Assembly: GCA_018238155.1 (NCBI GenBank)
Contig: JABCTZ010000025.1
Coordinates: forward strand, 1 to 64,000
Source: Candidatus Heimdallarchaeota archaeon
GTDB lineage: Archaea > Asgardarchaeota > Heimdallarchaeia > JABLTI01
Reading direction: 5' to 3'
Length of the DNA stretch: 64,000 nt
Position numbers and translations under genes: made by a program. Below are positions 59,533-64,000 of this stretch, piece after piece. The notes under the pieces were generated by a model. It made no database searches and had not been told where the DNA came from. It saw nothing but the letters and a program-made list of their open reading frames with translations. Every line of letters starts with the position of its first letter. Position 1 is the stretch's first letter.

Positions 59533-60354
59533 TTAGTCTTCAGCAGGATAACTATTTGTAACAGCAGCAAGAGCATTGCAAAGAGTATTATACAAATTTG
59601 CTGATAAGCGACGATACAGATCATAATCATTAACTTGAGAAACATCTGTGAATGATCCCATACCACCGAAAACCCATGCATGATCAATGGTAGCCATAAC
59701 TTGTTTTGCTTCCAAACCAAAACAATCAGCTGGAAAGTAATTTTCATCAACTAATTTTGAAACATCTTCTATAGATAGAATTTCAAGTGCTTTTTGGAAA
59801 ACACTGGTCCAATTTTTCAATTTATTTTCTTTTGTAAAACTAATCAAATCAGTTAAAATTTCGTTGAGATAGAGTTTTGTAGTTTTTAATGAAGGAAATT
59901 TCAATAAATCAAAACTTGTATCTTTAAGTATTAAATGATAATAGTTTATTGCGTCTCCGTATTCTGCTTGAGTATAATTTGTCCAAAGATCATATGAGTT
60001 TTGTTTCTTAGCAATAACATTCCACTTACCTACTTTCTTCCCTTTTGTAGCTTCAAGATGATCCTTACTAAACATATTTTCGGGCATTTGATAGGTTAGA
60101 AATAAACGACTGACATTGTTCTTTTTCAAAAACTTAAACCAGTCATTTGGATTTTGAGCTAAAAGCACTCTCTGAGCTACTGGCTCAAGTTGAGCAACTT
60201 TGCTAACAAATTTAATATTTTTGTAACCATATCCTGCGGGATGGCTCTTATCAAAAGATACTTTCTTATCGTTCAAATAAGCATTAGCATATGCTGTTAA
60301 TGCAACAATTTGTAAATCTCCAGTGTACATATCAAAAGTATTGACAGTTGACAT
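59533..60354 (-). CDS. Hypothetical protein
   Basis: 273-aa ORF; C-terminal VFGGMGSFTD motif. Confidence 0.7.
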   Translation of the reverse strand: MSTVNTFDMYTGDLQIVALTAYANAYLNDKKVSFDKSHPAGYGYKNIKFVSKVAQLEPVAQRVLLAQNPNDWFKFLKKNNVSRLFLTYQMPENMFSKDHLEATKGKKVGKWNVIAKKQNSYDLWTNYTQAEYGDAINYYHLILKDTSFDLLKFPSLKTTKLYLNEILTDLISFTKENKLKNWTSVFQKALEILSIEDVSKLVDENYFPADCFGLEAKQVMATIDHAWVFGGMGSFTDVSQVNDYDLYRRLSANLYNTLCNALAAVTNSYPAED

Positions 60355-60454
60355 TTTATACTTTGCCTATATCATAGTCAAAAATTAGTCTTAATTAATG
60401 AAAATAAATAAAAAATAGGAACAAAAATTGATTAATGGACTGTTTTGTTTCAAT

Positions 60455-60937
60455 TTAATTTTCAGTGATGATAACAATATAGAATATTTCATTGTCAACT
60501 GTTATTGGACTGGCAATTATCTGTAAATCTAAAGCAACAAGTTTACCATCCATATTTATAGTTATCTTTGCATTACTCTCTTGTTTGCGTCCCGTTTTTT
60601 GTGTTTTCAATAATACTAGAACAGCACCACAATGTTTACATTCTTTCCCTGTTCCACAACCATTTGCATTATCTAAAGAGTTAACGCAAGTTAGAAGTTC
60701 TCCAGGTCTTTGCCCCAAACTGTCTTCGAATTTATTCACACAAATTGCTGTGATAAACGCTTCATTAGCAAAAATGACTTGTCTTTGTTTGTTTAATATA
60801 GCAATCATATTTGGTAAAAGTTGTAAAATTGGTAATAAGTTTCGTAAGCCTAAAATCTTTATCGTTTGTAGATATACTTCTCCATCTGATAACCTATCAG
60901 CAGGAGCAAAATCTGTTTTGGTATTTTTTGAGACCAT
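60455..60937 (-). CDS. Stand-alone Cys-containing PAS-like domain (paralog of the 57581 kinase N-terminus)
   Basis: FAPADRLS, QVIFANE, GQRPGELLTC...GCGTGKECKHC. Confidence 0.8.
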   Translation of the reverse strand: MVSKNTKTDFAPADRLSDGEVYLQTIKILGLRNLLPILQLLPNMIAILNKQRQVIFANEAFITAICVNKFEDSLGQRPGELLTCVNSLDNANGCGTGKECKHCGAVLVLLKTQKTGRKQESNAKITINMDGKLVALDLQIIASPITVDNEIFYIVIITEN

Positions 60938-61145
60938 TTTTACTAATTCCTAATTGCTTTAAGTGATTGAATATATTACAATTTTACTATATTAAAATTC
61001 ATTGATTAATAATTTATAGTACTCGACAAATTATCTATAAAAAGGAAAAAAAAATGGAAAAAAAGGCCTTTTCTCAAAAACATTGTCTAGAACTTTAGCG
61101 TAAAATAATTTCACCAAAAATTTTTATAAAAAAAAATGAGATTGA

Positions 61146-61161
61146 GAGAGGAATTCCTCTC
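61146..61161. terminator. Perfect 16-bp palindrome downstream of the antiporter gene
   Basis: GAGAGGAATTCCTCTC followed by a poly-T run on the minus strand. Confidence 0.4.
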
Positions 61162-61207
61162 ACTAGATTTTATAGTTTAACATAATTAGCTATTCTGAAA
61201 TAGCTGA

Positions 61208-62575
61208 CTAGCCAACCTTTGGTGATTCTTTACCATTTTTTTCAATATTTGATGATTCTTTTGTACCATTTTCTACTTCTGATAATTCATCCAAATCATA
61301 TTCCACTACAGGTAAAACAAGTGCTTTCGGTGACCGGAATGCAAAACGAAGAGCAAATGGTGTCATCACAATTGTTACAAATACTAATAATACTGCCATC
61401 GAAAAGATGCTTTGATCAAAAATTCCTTGAAGTAATCCGATCTCCGCAATTATAAGAACTATTTCTGCACGTGGTAACATACCTACAGCAATTTTTGCTG
61501 AATCTCTTGGTTTCATTTTGACAATTGATGCCCCTGTAAACGTACCTAAACCTTTTGCTATGATTGTAATAGGAATAGCAAGGAGGAGAATTGGCGAAAA
61601 TGCAGAGAAATCAAACAAGAATGTGGCACCTACACCGAAGAAAAACAATGGTAAGAATACCCCTTCACCCATTTTGATGAATGTTTCCTTTATTTCACCT
61701 ACTAGTACTCTATTTTTCTGTAAGGAAAGTCCAAATAAAAAGGCGATAATTACTCCAGAAATGCCTAAAAATTCTGCAAGAAAAACTAACAGAACCAGTA
61801 ACCCAAAAATTATTCCTAATGATAAAAACTTAGTTGAGGAATTTGAGAAAATCCTAAATCTGTTCTCCAAGAATTTCAAAAGTTTAGGTATCAAAACAAC
61901 TACAATAACAATCAATAAAAACATAATAACGAGGTCAATTAATAATGTGAAATACCATGCCAAAGTTACAGTAGTTTCTGGTCCAAGGAATAAATTAAGA
62001 TACCAAACTTCACTTCCTGCTTTAGGGAATAGAACACTAGCAAAGATTAAGACAAGAAATAAAACAATAAAATCATCGAAAATCGCAGAAGATAGCAAAA
62101 TTTCTCCTTCAGTTGTATTCAATTTACCAACGTCACTTAACGTTCTAACGGTGACACCAATACTTGTTGCGGTTAGCATTGTACCGAAGAATATTGCTAC
62201 TGGGAGGCTCTGATCAAATATTAGGAATGCTGCAAGAAAGCCACCTATTAATGATATAAATACACCAACAAGAGAGATTACCAGGCTCTTTTTCCCAGTT
62301 TTTCTAAGACTCTTAGTATTGATCTCTAAACCGATAATAAACAGTAAAATAATGATTCCAAGTTGAGAAAATTGTTTCAAAACTTCATTATCTACAAATA
62401 AAGTTGGATTTATACCAACCATTCCTAGCAATGGTCCACCGAATATCATTCCTGCTAGTAATTCTCCAAGGATAGATGAAAGCTTAATTCTTTCAAAAAT
62501 TTCACCAAGGATTCTTGCAGAGAGCAATGCAACACCTAAATACATAAGAATATTTATTGTATCAGTTGCTACCAT
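61208..62575 (-). CDS. CPA2 cation:proton antiporter (NapA/KefB-like)
   Basis: Many TM helices; LGELLAGMIFG, LLFIIGLE, TATSIG, AIFDD, MLPRAE. Confidence 0.92.
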   Translation of the reverse strand: MVATDTINILMYLGVALLSARILGEIFERIKLSSILGELLAGMIFGGPLLGMVGINPTLFVDNEVLKQFSQLGIIILLFIIGLEINTKSLRKTGKKSLVISLVGVFISLIGGFLAAFLIFDQSLPVAIFFGTMLTATSIGVTVRTLSDVGKLNTTEGEILLSSAIFDDFIVLFLVLIFASVLFPKAGSEVWYLNLFLGPETTVTLAWYFTLLIDLVIMFLLIVIVVVLIPKLLKFLENRFRIFSNSSTKFLSLGIIFGLLVLLVFLAEFLGISGVIIAFLFGLSLQKNRVLVGEIKETFIKMGEGVFLPLFFFGVGATFLFDFSAFSPILLLAIPITIIAKGLGTFTGASIVKMKPRDSAKIAVGMLPRAEIVLIIAEIGLLQGIFDQSIFSMAVLLVFVTIVMTPFALRFAFRSPKALVLPVVEYDLDELSEVENGTKESSNIEKNGKESPKVG

Positions 62576-63999
62576 TAAGTTCCCTCTCTTTTGTTATTTT
62601 CCTCTTTTATTTCAGCAGCAGCTTCTTCAGCAGCTTCTTCAGCAGCTTCTTCAGCAGCTTCTTCAGCAGCTTCTTCAGCTGCTCTTTCTTTAGCATCAGC
62701 AGCTTCTTCAGCAGCTTCTTCAGCTGCTCTTTCTTTAGCATCAGCAGCTTCTTCTGCAGCTTCTTCAGCTGCTCTTTCTTTTTCAGCAGCTTTTGCAGCT
62801 GCTCTTTCTTTAGCAGCAGCTTCTTTTGTGATGGCATCTTTTGCAGCAGCTTCAGCAGCTTTTTCAGCTGCTCTTTCTTTTACAGCAGCTTCTTTTGCAG
62901 CAGCTTCAGCAGCTTTTTCAGCTATAATAGCTTCTGCTTCTTTTGCATCTGCATTTTCTTTTGCAGTTTTTTCCTTTGTATGTTTTGCAGTAGCTTTTGC
63001 AGCTGCTCTTTCTTTGGTAGCAGCTTCTTTTGCAGCTTTTGCAGCTGCTCTTTCTTTAGTAGCAGCTTCTTTTGCAGCTTTTACAGCAGCAGCTTTTTCT
63101 TTTGCAGCAGCTTCAGCAGCTTTTACAACAGCTTTTTCTTTAGTAGTAGCTTCTCTTGCAGCTTCTTCAGTAGCTTTTACAGCTGCTTTTTCTTTTGCAG
63201 CAGCTTCTTTGGCAGCTTCTTCGGCAGCATTTACAGCTGCTTTTTCTTTTACAGCTGCTTCTTCGGCAGCTGCTTTTTCTTTTATAACAGCAGCTTCTGC
63301 GATAGCTTCTTTTTCAGCAGCTTCTTTTGCAGCAGCTGCTTCTATTGCTGCTTTATCTTTTGCAGCAGCTGCTTCTATTGCTGCTTTTGCAGCAGCTTTT
63401 TCTTTTGCAATAGCTGCTTCTACAATAGCTTCTTTGGCAGCTGCTACAGCAGCTTTTTCAGCTTCTTTTGCAGCAACTTCAGCAGCTTTTTTAGCTTTAA
63501 TAGCTTCCGCAGCTTTTGTATCTGCATTTTGTTTTGCAATAGCTTCTTTTGCAGCAGCTGCTTCTATTGCTGCTTTATCTTTGGCAGCAGATGCTTCTTC
63601 AGCAGCTCTTTCTTTGGCAGCAGATGCCTCTTCAGCAGCTCTTTCTTTGGCAGCAGCTTTTTCTTTTGCAATAGCTACCTCTTCAGCTGCTTTTGCAATA
63701 GCTCTTTCTTTTGCAATAGCTGCTTCTGCAGCTGCTTTTTCTTTAGCAGTAGCTTCTTTAGCCGCAGCTTCTTCTGCAGCTTTTGTAGCAGCTCTTTCTT
63801 TAGTAGCCGCTTCTTTTGCGGCTTCTTCTGCGGCTTTTACAGCTGCTTTTTCTTTTGCAGCAGCTTCTTTTGCAGCTTCTTCCGCAGCTTTTACAGCTGC
63901 TTTTTCTTTTGCAACAACTTCCGCAGCTTCTTCTGCAGCTCTTTCTTTAGTAGCCGCTTCTTTTGCAGCTTCTTCTGCGGCTCTTTCTTTTACAGCCGC
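62575..63999 (-). CDS. 3' part (>=474 aa) of an Ala/Glu/Lys-rich helical repeat protein running off the window end
   Basis: Open frame AAVKERAAEEAAKEAATKERAAEEAA...EEAAAEIKEENNKREGT*. Its TAA (62575-62577) overlaps the antiporter ATG (TAATG). Confidence 0.85.
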   Translation of the reverse strand, partial: AAVKERAAEEAAKEAATKERAAEEAAEVVAKEKAAVKAAEEAAKEAAAKEKAAVKAAEEAAKEAATKERAATKAAEEAAAKEATAKEKAAAEAAIAKERAIAKAAEEVAIAKEKAAAKERAAEEASAAKERAAEEASAAKDKAAIEAAAAKEAIAKQNADTKAAEAIKAKKAAEVAAKEAEKAAVAAAKEAIVEAAIAKEKAAAKAAIEAAAAKDKAAIEAAAAKEAAEKEAIAEAAVIKEKAAAEEAAVKEKAAVNAAEEAAKEAAAKEKAAVKATEEAAREATTKEKAVVKAAEAAAKEKAAAVKAAKEAATKERAAAKAAKEAATKERAAAKATAKHTKEKTAKENADAKEAEAIIAEKAAEAAAKEAAVKERAAEKAAEAAAKDAITKEAAAKERAAAKAAEKERAAEEAAEEAADAKERAAEEAAEEAADAKERAAEEAAEEAAEEAAEEAAEEAAAEIKEENNKREGT

Positions 64000-64000
64000 T

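Noticed and set aside
59505-59750. N-terminal extension of the aldolase ORF
   Set aside because: Overlaps the 59533..60354 gene in another frame; aldolase homology starts at ATG 59504.
61518-62213. 231-aa plus-strand ORF and other short antisense or nested ORFs (e.g. 3073, 6678, 11685, 12006, 42343, 60492)
   Set aside because: They lie opposite well-supported genes and have no motifs; they are antisense shadows.
62607-62837. 76-aa Leu/Lys-rich ORF in the track
   Set aside because: Off-frame shadow of the long Ala/Glu/Lys ORF that ends at 62575.
1-64000. Genome-wide TAG recoding
   Set aside because: TAG ends apparently complete genes (1239, 39419, 51408, 55566, 61208), and the pseudogene regions also contain TAA stops.

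Overview
An AT-rich archaeal window, most likely from an Asgard archaeon. This is inferred from roadblock, longin, Rag-type GTPase, RING and TPR-longin genes alongside TrmB and archaeal-style promoters. The top candidate system lies at ~5.2-19.1 kb. A 1565-aa cell-surface protein (signal peptide, Ig-like repeats, one TM helix) ends in a cytoplasmic FLCN/SMCR8-type longin (uDENN) domain that keeps the 'ARG' arginine-finger motif. It is flanked by a degenerate small GTPase and by a convergent pair of Rag-type GTPases whose G4/G5 motifs mirror RagA (HKMD/TSIF) and RagC (HKVD/SSIY). A roadblock protein and a TPR-longin protein are nearby. Together these suggest a receptor-coupled, Rag-like signalling module. 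Other notable items are an N-myristoyltransferase-like tandem GNAT, three circularly permuted orphan family-5 solute-binding proteins and a permuted asparaginase fused to a class I glutamine amidotransferase. There are also two LVIVD surface proteins with conserved ends and divergent cores, and a tyrosine recombinase/wHTH pair sitting inside a HK-RR-RR cluster. A dispersed palindromic repeat family and a >=474-aa Ala/Glu/Lys helical ORF missed by the ORF track complete the list. The rest is housekeeping (surE, pepA, tldD/pmbA, thioredoxin, nitroreductase, antiporter). No rRNA, tRNA or CRISPR array was recognised. All family calls are by eye from motifs; no searches were run.
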